This document shows positions 16,711 through 29,485 of a stretch of 64,000 bases of DNA, one piece after another. The DNA lies in NCBI RefSeq assembly GCF_009914755.1, contig NC_060926.1; one strand, given 5' to 3'. A program made the translations under genes and the position numbers. The notes under the pieces were generated by a model. It was not told the DNA's origin. It saw only the letters and a list, made by a program, of their open reading frames with translations, and did no database searches. Origin of the DNA: the human T2T-CHM13v2.0 reference genome, Homo sapiens. Each line of letters starts with the position of its first letter. Positions within the stretch are counted from its first letter, which is position 1.

Positions 16711-18249
16711 ATACAAGTCACATCATGTTGGTTTCTCTGTAGTCGTGGGACAGCCTTGCTCCCAACTCAAGTCTTGTTTCAGTGACCAGCAGGGTGTGTT
16801 GTCTCTGAGCTCACATTATTGTCCATGCCTCCCTGACACCACCCATTTTCAACATGGCTATCTGATCATGTTCTCCTGTATCCCCACTTTTTCTTTTCTC
16901 CTTTCCTAGTTTTGCCTTTGAAAAGCAGTCACACCAGCACAATCCCCTCATGCTAAGACACACAGGAAAACTTAAATATTTGAAAACCTTTCATTCATGA
17001 CATCAGTCCAAAGGTCATCAAACAAGCTGTCAGGGGACTATGCCTCCAGTTAAATGCAGCAGCCATAAAAGCACCTATGCCTGGGAACCATCTCCCTAGC
17101 AACAGAGTTCCTGATGGCCAATGGACACTCATTTTGAAGCACTAACAGGGTTTTTGTTTTCAAAGCATATCTACTTCTTCTACTTTGATTAATCAACATC
17201 ATCTCTTCTGGTGTGTGTTTAAGTGAAACAATAGATTACTGCTCAGCCACAGTTGAATGACAAAGGGTTTTCATGAATCTCAAGAAGAAAAAGCAAAAAA
17301 GCAAAAATCTACAATGGATTTTGTCCAAAGGGAAAACTTAAAAACCTCTCTTTTCCTTGCTGCCTAAGTTCTTGTAAGCAATTATGTTTAGAATAGTCTT
17401 TTGAAGCATGAACCATTCCTCTCTATATCACCAAAAATGTGGGGTAGTCCACCTTTTTCAGCTTTCTTTTTGGCTTAGGATACTTGAAACCTTACAGATA
17501 ATTCATGCTTGGTTTATAAGAGTAACATTTAGAATAGTGCCCCAAATCATCTCCCAGTGATTCTTAGAACTCTGTTTTTTCAGACTCTGGACTCTGACAA
17601 CTGTTTTGGACTTGCCTTTTGTTTCTGGCAGGGAGGGTTAAAATGTGTTTAGGAAGATACATTTCTCAGGGAATTTTTTTTTTTACTCTCTCTTCATTGG
17701 AATCCTTTTCTCAGCTTTAGACAGTTTAATGATTCTATGACACTAGGAATATGTCTGTGATGACTTTGCTTCACCTTCTTATGTTGGGACCAGCATTCTT
17801 GAATTATTCCAATACCCCTTAAGGTCTTCATCCACACTTGATTAAGATACTTAAAACAAACAGAGGCACTCCATTAAAATGTATCATCCATTAGTTTCTG
17901 GCTGAGTTTCTCCTCTAAATCCCTAAACACATGTGAAAAGGTAAAATAAGGAAGTAGAATTCTGTCTTGAATTCAGTTCTAAATACTTAGATGATAATTC
18001 TTGACTTTTAAGTCAAAATGCTCGTTCACTGCCTGGCAAGGAAGAATACAAAAGAAGCCATGTGCTTGATTTTGTATGTAATGAACATGTACTGAAATGC
18101 ATTTGCTTTTGTCTTGCACATGCTCATTTTAAAGATGATCCATACAATGGATTGAGACTGAATTTTCTTCTAGGCTTCTTCTAGGAGGGGCACTAAATGG
18201 GGTGGGGGAGCTATATTAACAAGCGGGTCTTTCATGGAGTCCTAAAAGT

Positions 18250-18268
18250 CACCACGAGGTGGCAGACG
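18250..18268 (+). promoter_or_regulatory. Candidate CTCF motif
   Basis: ccacgaggtggcag, close to CCASYAGRKGGCRS; motif match only. Confidence 0.4.
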
Positions 18269-20260
18269 AGCACAATATGAAGAAGGAATTACATCCCAGG
18301 GGGCCAACTCCTGGGCTCTGCTAATGGCTTGATTTTCCACTTACAAGCAAGAAAATGCCATGGAAACTTTTGTTTCCTCTTTGAGTGAACGAGGAGGGAA
18401 AGGGATGGGGGAGACACAAAGTCCCCTTCCACTGTGTGTTGTCTGCTGCCCCATAGCCACATCTGGACATTATAAATCACGCGTTGTTGGAGTTCAGCAT
18501 TTTCTGATCTTAGCAACAGCCCCATTCTAAGCAGAAGGGAACCAGTATGTTTGGTTCAGCTTAAAAACAACTAAAATCACAGGTTAATGGGAGGAAAGAA
18601 AATAACTGTACCAGAGGAAAAAGCAACAGTGGAGCTTTTCTCTACAACCAGTACTGGGCGAGTAACTTTAGAACATAACAGGTTGCTGGTCCCAGCTGCC
18701 AATTAGTTCTTACCCTGTAACTTGTTCCTGCTCCCACCACAGGGACACGAAACTGCATGCGAGTCTTACAATAAAATTCCCTCTCTGTTCATAGCTCCTC
18801 CCACTGCCCCCTGTCCACCACCTAATTATTTATTATTATTATTACTTTTTAATCTTGACAATTGCTTGATATTCCACAGAACCTGCTTAGAAAAGGTGTG
18901 ACATTGCTGCCTTTCAGCAGAAGATCACTCTGGGTGTTGCAGCTGCTGTGTTCTAGCTCAACTGAGTCTGATGCCTCCATCTGCCTGCCTCCTGCATTCC
19001 CCAGCTCATGGATCTCCATGCAAAATACCTTTAGACCATTTGCACTAGGATCTGTCTAATCTCGTTAGATTTCTCATTTTCAGCATAATACTGTCATGGT
19101 GCTGTGCACCAGTGCCCCAGATTAGTGGCTTGTCAGAATGGTGCCCCACTAATGAGCTAATCCAAATAATGCTCAAATCCCAAATCAGATTTAAGACGAT
19201 CCAGTCTGGGTAGAATTAGGGAGCAAGAAATCCTGGCCCAAAGAACAAGCTTTCATTTTCTTTGTTTCACCTTAAAACAAAATAGGGGGAGTGCCTGTCA
19301 AACTCCAGACTTTTTTTTCCCCTTTGTATGACATTAACCTCCATTACACAATTGGGAATAATAAACAGAAAAGAGTACATCTGTATGGATTGGTATAAAT
19401 TTACCTTAGAGGATTAGAAAACACAGACACACACACACATATGCGAGCTTAATATATTCAGCAGATCTATGTCCTTCACAGCTTCTAGTTTTCCTGACTT
19501 TCCTGTGAGCTTGACCTTAAGACCTTGTAGATTTTGAATCTGATGTATTTCAGTGGTGACCTTAGGATGTAGGGTTAGGTCAAAAAAATTTTTTTTAAAG
19601 CTTATTTGTTTTCTTATTTTCCCTCAGGGTAAACCTGGGCTCCAGAAATTCCAAACTGTATAATAACAGAGTTAAGGTCAGGACCCTGACAAAGGAGCTA
19701 AGGAGACAGAATGCAAGCAGAATCATTTGGGTTTCAGGTGTTCTTGAAAATGAAGCTTTGGCTTAAAAATGCATGCTTAGAAGGGTTTCTTGTTTCTGTG
19801 CCTTTCTAGTTTTGGGAGGAGTGAAAGACATGATTGCTGCTGGCACAAAGGTCATTTTTATGAAGGCCAACTAGTGGGCCCACAAAGAGCAATAGGAGAA
19901 TCAGCTGCCTCCCAGTCTCCTCCACAGGGCATCCACTCAGGCACTGTCACAGCTTCACAGCCTTTCACGTTGCTGCTGTATAAAGCCGAAAGAACATGGC
20001 TTGGCTTTTTAAGAGTCAATTCAGCAAAGCAAGGCAGTTTGCCATGTGTTTTGACACACAAACGGAGCCAATTTGTTATTCGAATGGTAGCTTCAGAATA
20101 CAAAAATGGACCATTCTGTCCTTTAACTTCTATAGGCTTTTTTTGGGAAAGCATCTCATTGCTTTCCTGTCAGTGTCTGGTAGTCCATTCCCCAAGGTCT
20201 TCAGAAATGTAATTTTAATGAAGCTCCAATGAAGTGCCTCAGCTTTATTTCTTCTCACTC

Positions 20261-20604
<344 letters not shown>

Positions 20605-20984
20605 TAGCTTTATAATCACTAGAGTTTTTAGATTATAAGCTATTCAAAGAAAGTTTTGAGTTTGGTGCTTAATGGAGTTCTATTGTTTTGGAAATTATAC
20701 AAGCTTTACACACTGATTTCAAATTTGGCCACATCATACACAGTCACGAACACAGGAAGACTATCTGGAACTCCAGGGTCTCTGTTGAATGCCTCCTTGA
20801 GAGGTGGCAGCTGTAACTCTCATTCCTTCACCACTTTTCTTTCCCTGTTGCCACGTTCGGAAACATATAGAATTATACTGGTTCCCATAACTCAGCTAGG
20901 TCAACAGACACTCTATCACCAGTGGGATGATCAGTCAAGGAGACTGATTTTATTTATTTTCCTATTTGATAACAGAAGGGAAGA

Positions 20985-21650
20985 TTGACAAGGGAAATGA
21001 ACACATGTACCTATAAAGACTTGTACCTAAATGTTCATACCCACTTTATTCACAATAACACCAAACTGGAAGCAGACCAAATGTCCTCAGCTAGCAAGCA
21101 GGTAAACAATCTGTGGTACGTTCATACAAGGGAACACAACGCAGCAGGCAATAGGAACCGATCACTGAAAATGCAACAACACAGAAGAATCTTGAAAGCA
21201 CGAGCTGAAAGGGGCCAGAATGAAAAGGCTGTATCCTGTGTGATTCCATTTGTATAAAATTCTAGAGAAGGCAAAATCATAATGACTAAAATCAAATCAG
21301 TGGTTGTCTGGGGCTGGGACTTGGGGTTGGGAAAGAGAATTGGCTGCAAAGGGCAGGAGAAAACTCATTTGGGGTAGGTGGAAATGTTCTGAACGTGGCT
21401 GTAGTGATAATTACACAAAGGCACATGTTTGTCAAAACTCATGAAATTGCACACTTCGAACAGATGGATTTTTTTTTTTTTTTTTTTTTTTTTGTAGACA
21501 CATGGTCTCACTGTGTTGCCCAGGCTAGACTTGAACTCCTGGGCTCAAGCAATCCCCCTACCTCATCCTCCTGTGTAGCTGGGATTACAGGCACCCACAA
21601 CCATAGATGAATTTTATTGCACCTAGATTATGCCTCAGTTACAAAAAATT
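20985..21650 (+). mobile_element. Old L1 (L1MB/MC/ME-type) 3' end, interrupted by an Alu monomer
   Basis: gaaatgaacacatgt...aaagacttgtac...aaactggaagcag...tgattccatttgtataaaattctag...gtcaaaactcatgaaattgcacactt. Confidence 0.85.
21469..21603 (-). mobile_element. FLAM (free left Alu monomer)
   Basis: Poly(T) plus a single monomer; TSD agatgRatttt. Confidence 0.88.
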
Positions 21651-23738
21651 TTTAAAATCCTTTTTGGGTGGATGAGTTTTTATATTTTATGAAACTGTCA
21701 TCAAATGAAAACACAAGAGCCAGAGTGAACCATTTTGTGTCTGTTTCAGCTTCATCACCTATTAGCTTTGCTGCTGCAGTTGAATTTGAAGAAAATCGTA
21801 CTGTAATGCCAAAGCAAGTTGGTATAGAGAATACTGCTGCCATATTTTGTCACGCCTCCACAGCCTTCACAAGTTTTCTTACCCAGTGCATGAGGAACGT
21901 GAACCTGTGATATTAATTGATTAGATGTCAGCTAATCAACTAAGTTTCTTTGGTTAACCACACCCAAGCCAGCTGCCTCATGCCACCCTCCACTCCTTGC
22001 CCTAACCGGATACTAATAACAATAGTTACCACAGTCCGCCTCCTCGCATTAACCCAGGAACAGGGCACAAATTGACGATCATTTTTCTTTGTGAATTATG
22101 ACACATCGCCTCACCCCTGGAAGAAAGCAGCCCCTGCCAATCCTTTAAAACAGCCAGGAGAGAAATGAAAGGCCTGCTATCGCCTATCTGCTCCCCTGCT
22201 GACTCTAATTACCCAGTCGGGAATTTTACAATCCCTCCTTCCCGCCTGCCCCCAAATTGTAACAACTACTCCGCAGTCTGCAGACTTTGGCTGGTTCTTT
22301 CTTTTGTGTGCCCACCGCTGTCGAGTGGATTGGGCTCCTAATGAGTTCTGACACTAATGGAACTGTGAGGCAGTGCTATTACAGATTCCCCCCATACAGC
22401 CCAGACCTCGCAGGAAATGACCCGAGACTCCGCACCCTTCCACCCGCCAAAGAATTCTGTTGAAACCATCTTCAGCGGCCGGCTGCAGCTCTGCTCCCGC
22501 CTCTTCCTCAGTTCGGTTTCCTCTTCCCTCCATCATCCTGCAGGTGGCTGAAAATAAGATTTTATGGCCTGGTGCATGGTGGGTTGATTGACAACGCTGG
22601 AGACCTTCTTTAATTCAGGGGGGTTGTGGAGCATGGAGGTGAGATTGGAAATGGGAACTGGGGCCCATAAAAACAAAGACTTTCCCAACTTGCTCTTAAA
22701 AAGCAATCCAAAGAGGAAAAGAACTAGGGAAGGGACGGTTGTTTTCTATTAGATGCTTAACAATGTGTGTAAGTGGAGGTGATTTAAGAAAAAAAACAAC
22801 ATGTGCTTCTGTAATTTCCATGTTGTGTGTGGTACAGGTGTAAGAGACTGGAGCTAACTATTGAACTGTGAGCTAATTATAGTGAGAAACAGCTGTTGTC
22901 CTCTAATGAGGAGTCAGCAGCCACAAGATGCTGCTCTGTGAGGAAGCCCGGGGAAGCCTGTTGCAGGCTTTATTTCAGATTGCTTACCCATTACAAAATA
23001 TTCCCTGCCACACACTTGGTCACAGGCCCGTTCTCACATCCACTCTAGCAGGTGATAAGTAATTTTCACCTTTCTGAGTCTAGAGAGAGGAGTATGTCCC
23101 CATTTTATTAACCTCTATGTTCCTTTTATAATTATTCCCCAGAAGTGTACAATTCCTGACCCCCACCCCAGCTGTGGGTTACCAGGAGGGGTGCCCCCTT
23201 TCTGTCTCCCTCTGATTTCTTTCAGCCCATTCCCATTTTTCTAGGTTTCCAGAACAATCAGATATTCCCCAAGCTGTCGACTATTTATCATGTGACACAG
23301 ATGCTTACCAAACCACATTTTCTGTTTCTTGGTGCTACAGTTTTCTCCCTGAAGTCCCTTAAATGGGAACAAACATCTCTTCAATGTCAAGGAATGTAGA
23401 GCTTAGAGGGTCTGTGGAGGAGAAAGAAATACAACTTCCCATCTAGACCTCAGTCCAAACAAACTAGGAAGTGTTCCTGTAAAACTTGATTTTTAACAAT
23501 GTTAATAAAATCCCATTTCACATCGATACAAGTGTTTAGAACACATTATGCCTCAATACCTTGCAAGGTGGGAAAAAGTTGAAATCCAAATGTGTTGAAG
23601 AAGCAGGTGCTCTACTCCATTACTCAAAGCATAAATGCCCCTTTTTGACCACATGAAGAGTAAGCAATTTAAAGTGACCATTTGTTTCCCACCATGTGTA
23701 AAGTATTATTTACTGTGCAATTGAATTAAAAACAAGGG

Positions 23739-23752
23739 CTTGCTATAGCAAC
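23739..23752. promoter_or_regulatory. Candidate RFX X-box
   Basis: cttgctatagcaac, near-palindromic match to GTTGCCATGGCAAC; motif match only. Confidence 0.4.
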
Positions 23753-24949
23753 TGCCCTAACAAGAGGCACTATTCACTGGCTGCCTTGGAAGCCCAGGGT
23801 CCAGGGGCCCATTAAGCACCTTTTTGAAAGCACTTGTCGGCAAACCGGTGGCATATGCGTCTTTTATGGTGTGTACAAGGCGGGGCTTGTACAATGAAAA
23901 GTTTCTCTGCAGACTGTATTGCTTTCAGAAGGGAAAGAAGAATGCCAGCAGCTATGTTTTTCCGTAGTTTGGGATTAGTAGAAATTTAATTGAAAATAAA
24001 ACACAGAGCAACTGTAGTGGCAACTGAGAGGAAGAACAAAGGGTTTCTTCATGAGCCCAGCCCACCACATGGCAGCCCAGGGAGGCTGCCGCTGGCCTCA
24101 TCTGCTCACTCCCATGCGACATCCAGGGCCTGGGAATAAGCCACTTTGTCATTACCCATCCTGTAGCACCGTTCGCAACCCAGGCATCCTTGAAAGAACC
24201 AGGGAGATTTCTGCAACACAGAGAAGGATGTGTTTAATTTATAGTTTGGTGCATGTGTCCACTTAAGGTCAATGTCTTGTCTCTTCTTACCCAGTAACCT
24301 TTTCTTGTTCCCCACCCCCCCACCGCCCCCATACATTCTAGTGCCCTTTTTGCCCCACATAATATCTCTGAAATCTTTATTTCATTCCTTGATTTTTTAA
24401 ACCTCGGAGAAGTAATTTTTCCTTCTCTCTCTCTCAATGAATTTTGAAGAAGTCATGGATATTAATTACGACATACCATAGGCAAAGATTAGGTAAGAAC
24501 GGGGGACTGTGAGGATTTTGTCCTCCTGAAAACAGTAACCCAAGGTCCCTGACTAATCTGATTGTCCCTCTTAAAGCTTCCCAGGTATTAGAGATTAGCA
24601 ATATTGTCTGCTGTGTTTTATCCCTTTCTATCCCCAAATAACAGCTTCTGGAGTGTTCTGGCATGACCTCCTTCAGCTCTGAGCCTCCGCGTGAAGGTGA
24701 CATCTGTCTAAGTGTCTCCTTCTTTCCTGCTTGCTTCTTTAGAATGGCAAAGGTTACCCTTCAGTAATATCACTGCCTCCTGACTGTGGCTAGGAGTAAA
24801 AGCATCTTCCGTCGTGTGATGTCTGGGGAAACTCAAGAGGCCAGGTCTCTTGTTTCAATAATATTGGCTGCCTTGATTCAAAGTGGCTATCTCCTAAGTT
24901 TGATTTTTTCATGAATGTTATGCTCAGTGGTTTTAATTCCTGCATTCTG

Positions 24950-25068
24950 GTGTTTTTACTCACTATTACTTCCACACCATTTGTGGATTATGTCAGAATC
25001 TAGCATGATTTCTTGCACATATCAAGTGTTAAATAAATGTTTCATATGAATGAATGAATGAATGAATC
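24950..25068 (+). mobile_element. L2 3' end with (TGAA)n tail
   Basis: gcacatatcaagtgttaaataaatgttt...tgaatgaatgaatgaatgaat. Confidence 0.7.
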
Positions 25069-25307
25069 AAAAGAATGTTCTACATTGGAAAATAGCAGTT
25101 TGGTTTAACCTATTTGCAGATGAAAGAAAGAAGCTTGAAATGTAACTTCCTAAGGTGCCTACTAGCTCCTTAGAGGAACTTATTATATAGGAGACTTTGA
25201 TTCAAGTTGTACTTTAAGATATATCAATAGGGAGAAATTAGCAAAAATGGCACAGTAAATCATTCTTAATTTTGACAATCCTGCGGGGGACAGATTCCAC
25301 ACAGAAT

Positions 25308-25670
25308 ATGGGCCCACAATTCCTTCTTCATAATTCCAGAATCCAAAAAGCTCTGATAAACAAAAGTTTTTCTTAACTCATTTGGCAGGAAATGTGACTG
25401 GAACTGACACAAGACTATTTAGAACCTTTGTTTATATTTATATCTCTTTGTCACCTTCACATGGAGGCTCAGCTTCACTAAGGGCAGCTATTCATATGCA
25501 CCTCTGCAAATGTATGAATGTTTGATTATAAAGAGCTCCAGATATCCCTTGGTGTGTTAGGTAATAAATGACATATTTGCCAGAATCATTCCTTTTTCTA
25601 AAAATCTAAAAAATCCTGAATTTCAACCCACATGGCCTCAAGGGGTTCAGAAAAGAGGTCAGAGATCTAT
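25308..25670 (-). mobile_element. MER46C-like TcMar-Tigger DNA transposon fossil
   Basis: cccacaattcctt...aatccaaaaagctctga...aactcatttggcag...ttttctaaaaatctaaaaaatcctgaattt...ggcctcaaggg. Confidence 0.7.
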
Positions 25671-28438
25671 ATTAACAAAATGCTGTTTTAGTATGTTCAT
25701 GTTTATTCAGTAAGTTGAACAGATTATCAACAAGACAAGACATCCAGAGGTCCTAAATATTGTAATTAGGATTTCAAAGTATTATATTTTTAAAGCATGA
25801 ATTCCTCATATAGCCAACATGTCATAAACACAGAAGAGGCAGCTGGCATTATCATGCCATCAAGACCAGAGAGAACGGTGCTGTCACTCTTATTTTCAAG
25901 GAACTCACAGTCTCCTGAATAATTTTGTAAGAAGTGGCACAAAAATTACTCACTGGGGGCTTTAAAACATATTTCAGTTTTAGATGCATTTGAAGCTTCC
26001 TTTGATTCTTTTAATTTTTCTCCATTAAAACTGGCAAAAATCACAAAGCGATTTCTTAATTGCAACCACGTTAACTGATACAAACTCGTAGAGCATGGAG
26101 CATTTTTTTTTTTTTTTTTTTATCGCAATGGGAACCCGTCAGGTGCCTTTCCAATTACTCAGTGTCTTCAGTGGACGAGCAGTGCCACTGATCACTCAGC
26201 ACTCCAATCGGGGATGGCAGGTACTGGTGAGGGCTTGGATCAAAGAAACTTTGAAGTTACAGCTCAAGTCCAAATGCCAGCTCTGGCAGGATGCATTTCT
26301 GCCTCTAAAAAGCCACAGTTACTCCTGAATGTTAAATGGGTTTGAAAAATTCAACCACCAGCACCAAATCCCAAGTCCCTCTTTCCAAGTGGGTGAGAAA
26401 ACAAATGGGAGACAGCTTGCCAGGTGGGAGCGTCAGAAGCCCAGCTCACTCAGCATGTCTTGGACAGAAGCCTCGGCTTCATTTGCTCAGACCTTCAGAG
26501 CCCAACTTACTAATGGTTCTGCTAATGCAAAGGCTATAGATTTCACCGTATCAATAAAAACTGATGTTAAACAAATTATATCTCTAGCAGGCAAGTACCA
26601 AAAACCACAGCCTGGGTCACGTCCACTAGGAAGCAGTATGGCGCCATGGTGCTTAAAGTTGCAAAGCTTTTGGACAAAGGCGACTTCTGTGCTTGTGTTA
26701 AGTCTAAACTTTGGAAGAATTTTGCCACATATTTAGATATTTTGTCACACTGTGATTCAATGATCTTTTATAGAAGTGGTTCTGATAGTGTGTTTTCTAT
26801 GTATTTTCCTCACAGCAGTAAAAGGCCCATAGAACTTGCTAAGCAAAAGAACCAATGACTCATCTACACCTTGGCTTAGAGGACACATTTGGGTCTCCCC
26901 ATCATGTCCCACAGAGTCTTTGTTGATAGGAATTTTGTTCCAGTCATCAGCCCCTCCCAGGCTGCTGGCACTCATCTCTCCAGGGGAACAAATTCTGTTT
27001 CAAGAAAAATAGCACCTCTTCTCTTGCAACAGATCTGTCACCCCTGGAGTTTGGAAGGTGCTGCTCACAACCCTGGGAGGGGACAGTGGCAGCTCTCCGA
27101 GTCAGCCCTCCACAGTGCGTGTCATGAGGGTAATGACTTCCATGGGAAATGACCTGAAGAATTTCAGTAATGAAATTCCATGCAGGAGACTCAAAAGGCC
27201 TGTGAGTACCAATCCATTCTAGAGCCTGGCTCAGAGCAAGCCCCATCAAGCATGAAGTCAAGCACTTTCAAAGCATGCTCTGACATGGCTTTAAACAAAG
27301 AAGAGCAAGCTTCTGCCCCTGACTTTTATTCATTCAACACCCGATCTCAAAAACCAGTACAGACTAATCTTCTTTGTTGATGCTGTCACAATATTGGATT
27401 TCTGACCAACCAGAGGTCACTCTGGGGACTTGCAGGTGGTGTTTGGTGAAGATTCTTAATTTTGTGAAGTTTTGGAGGGGAAAAGGGGTGACAATTCACA
27501 TTGAGGTCGTTTGTTATATGTTTTGTTTCCCAGGAAGGTGGCAACCCAGAATTCTGCTAGAAAACAAACTTTGTGACTGAAACCAACCACAATAGAATAA
27601 CCATCCCTCCCTCTGGTCTTCTACATCCCATTTTCTTAATTGGGTGGGCGGGAGAGCAAATTTCCACATGGAGCAGGTAGGTGGGCACAGGCTGTATAAA
27701 TCCCATACATATCCTTGGCAGAGATACGCACTGCCATTATGCCTTCTGAATGTCAGCTGAGGTGGAAACCGGCTCCAGATCCGAGAGGTGCCAGACACCT
27801 GCTCCCTGGGCTCTGAGACGTGCTTCTGCTGGTTGGTAGCCCATACACAGCCCTTTCTCGATACACATTGATCCTCCAAACCCAGGAGCAGTTTCGAGCT
27901 CTGCATGTGTTCTGATTCCTCTTCGCTCTCAACACCCATATTCCGTATGTTCTTCCGATAGGAGGTTTAATTGGGCAAGTCTGTCTGTGCTTTTGTTTGG
28001 TACCTAAGTTTTCAAAATCCCTGAGAGGCTGACTATGCTGCCCAATCCCTTCTGCCAAAGGCTGTGACCTTTTAAAAAGCCAAATGCTACAATTACGGGC
28101 AGCAACTTTGAGGACCACCTTCCTTACAAGAAGTAGTTTTTAACCAAGAAGATAAGCTAAGCTGGTTGAGCTGCCTGGTGAAGGAGAAGCAATAGGACTG
28201 ACTTCACCGACAGTGGTCAGATTCTGGGTTATTTTCATTCGCAAGTAATTTTGTAAGTAGTTTTGTTTACCTTTCTAAAATTGAGTTTGTGTGCAACTAT
28301 CTCAAAACTCTGATGAACCCAGCCACTTAAATATAGTTAAGAGTGGTCTGGTGTTCAGAGAGCTTTACTTGTGGAGCATGGATTCCTTGTGACTACTTAA
28401 GTTCCCAAATATATCAGCTTAGGACCTAAGGCAGTAAT

Positions 28439-28880
28439 TGCTACCTGAGTCCATGTGAAGAGACCACCAAACAGGCTTTGGTTGAGCAATAAAGCTTTTT
28501 AATCACCTGGGTGCAGTTGGGCTGAGTCCAAAAAATGAGTCAGCAAAGGAAGACAGAGGTGGGGCAGTTTTATATGATTTGGGTAGGTAGCAGAAAATTA
28601 CAGTTAAATGGGGTTGTTCTCTTGCAGGCAGGGGCAGGGATCACAAGGTGCTTGGTGGGGAGCTCCTGAGATTCATTGTCCAGGAGAAGGAATGTCACAA
28701 GGTCAACTGATCAGTTAGGGTGGGGCAGGAACAAATCACAATGGTGGAATGTCATCAGTTAAGGCAGGAACTGGCTATTTTCACTTCTTTTGTGGTTCTT
28801 CAGTTGCTTCAGGCCATCTGGATGTATATATGCAGGTCACAAGGGATATGATGGCTTAGCTTGGGCTCAGAGGCCTGACA
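28439..28880 (-). mobile_element. Solo LTR7-family (HERV-H) LTR, 442 bp, LTR7B/C-like
   Basis: Reverse complement starts TGTCAGGCCTCTGAGCCCAAGCTAAGCCATCATATCCC and ends ...GGTGGTCTCTTCACATGGACTCAGGTAGCA; perfect 5-bp TSD GTAAT at 28434-28438 and 28881-28885. Confidence 0.95.
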
Positions 28881-28885
28881 GTAAT

Positions 28886-29320
28886 AGCTAACATTAATTG
28901 AACCTTTACAATGTGCCAGACAGTAGTAGTTTAGAATTGTCTCCCTCAAACTCAAAACTGCCCTATTAGACAGGCAATGTTATTATCTCTATTTTGCAAA
29001 TGAAAGAAAACTGAGACAGGAAGGCACAGAGAGATTAGTTAACTTGCTAAGTGTCACACAGCTGTGTAATAACCACAGCAACATTCATGTACCATTTTCT
29101 TTGGGCCAGCCACTGTTCTAAGTGCTTTAAAGTATAATACTTAACGTGTGTAAACATGTTAACCCATTCATTCTCAAAATAATCCTCAAGGTAAGTACTA
29201 TTATTATCCCAGTTTAACATGAGAAAACTGCAGCACAGCAAGTTAGTAAATGAGAGGGCAGGGATTGAACCTAGCCAGTCTAGTTCCAAATTCCAAGTTT
29301 TTAATCAGATGTGAAATTGC
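28886..29320 (-). mobile_element. Tandem MIR fragments
   Basis: atagctaacattaattga...gaaaactgag...; aagtactattattatcccagttt...gggattgaacctag. Confidence 0.8.
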
Positions 29321-29384
29321 CTCTCATACATTCTTTAATAATGTCATTTTAGTCTTTATTTTCCTTAATAAATGTTTCAAAAGA

Positions 29385-29485
29385 TTGTTGTGAGGATTAT
29401 ATGATATAATCTATGTGAGAAATTTAGCACAGTGCCTAGCATGCAGGAAAATACCACAATAAATATGAGTGACAATTATTATTAA
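29385..29485 (+). mobile_element. MIR 3' fragment
   Basis: gttgtgaggattatatgatataat...ttagcacagtgcctagcatgcag. Confidence 0.75.
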
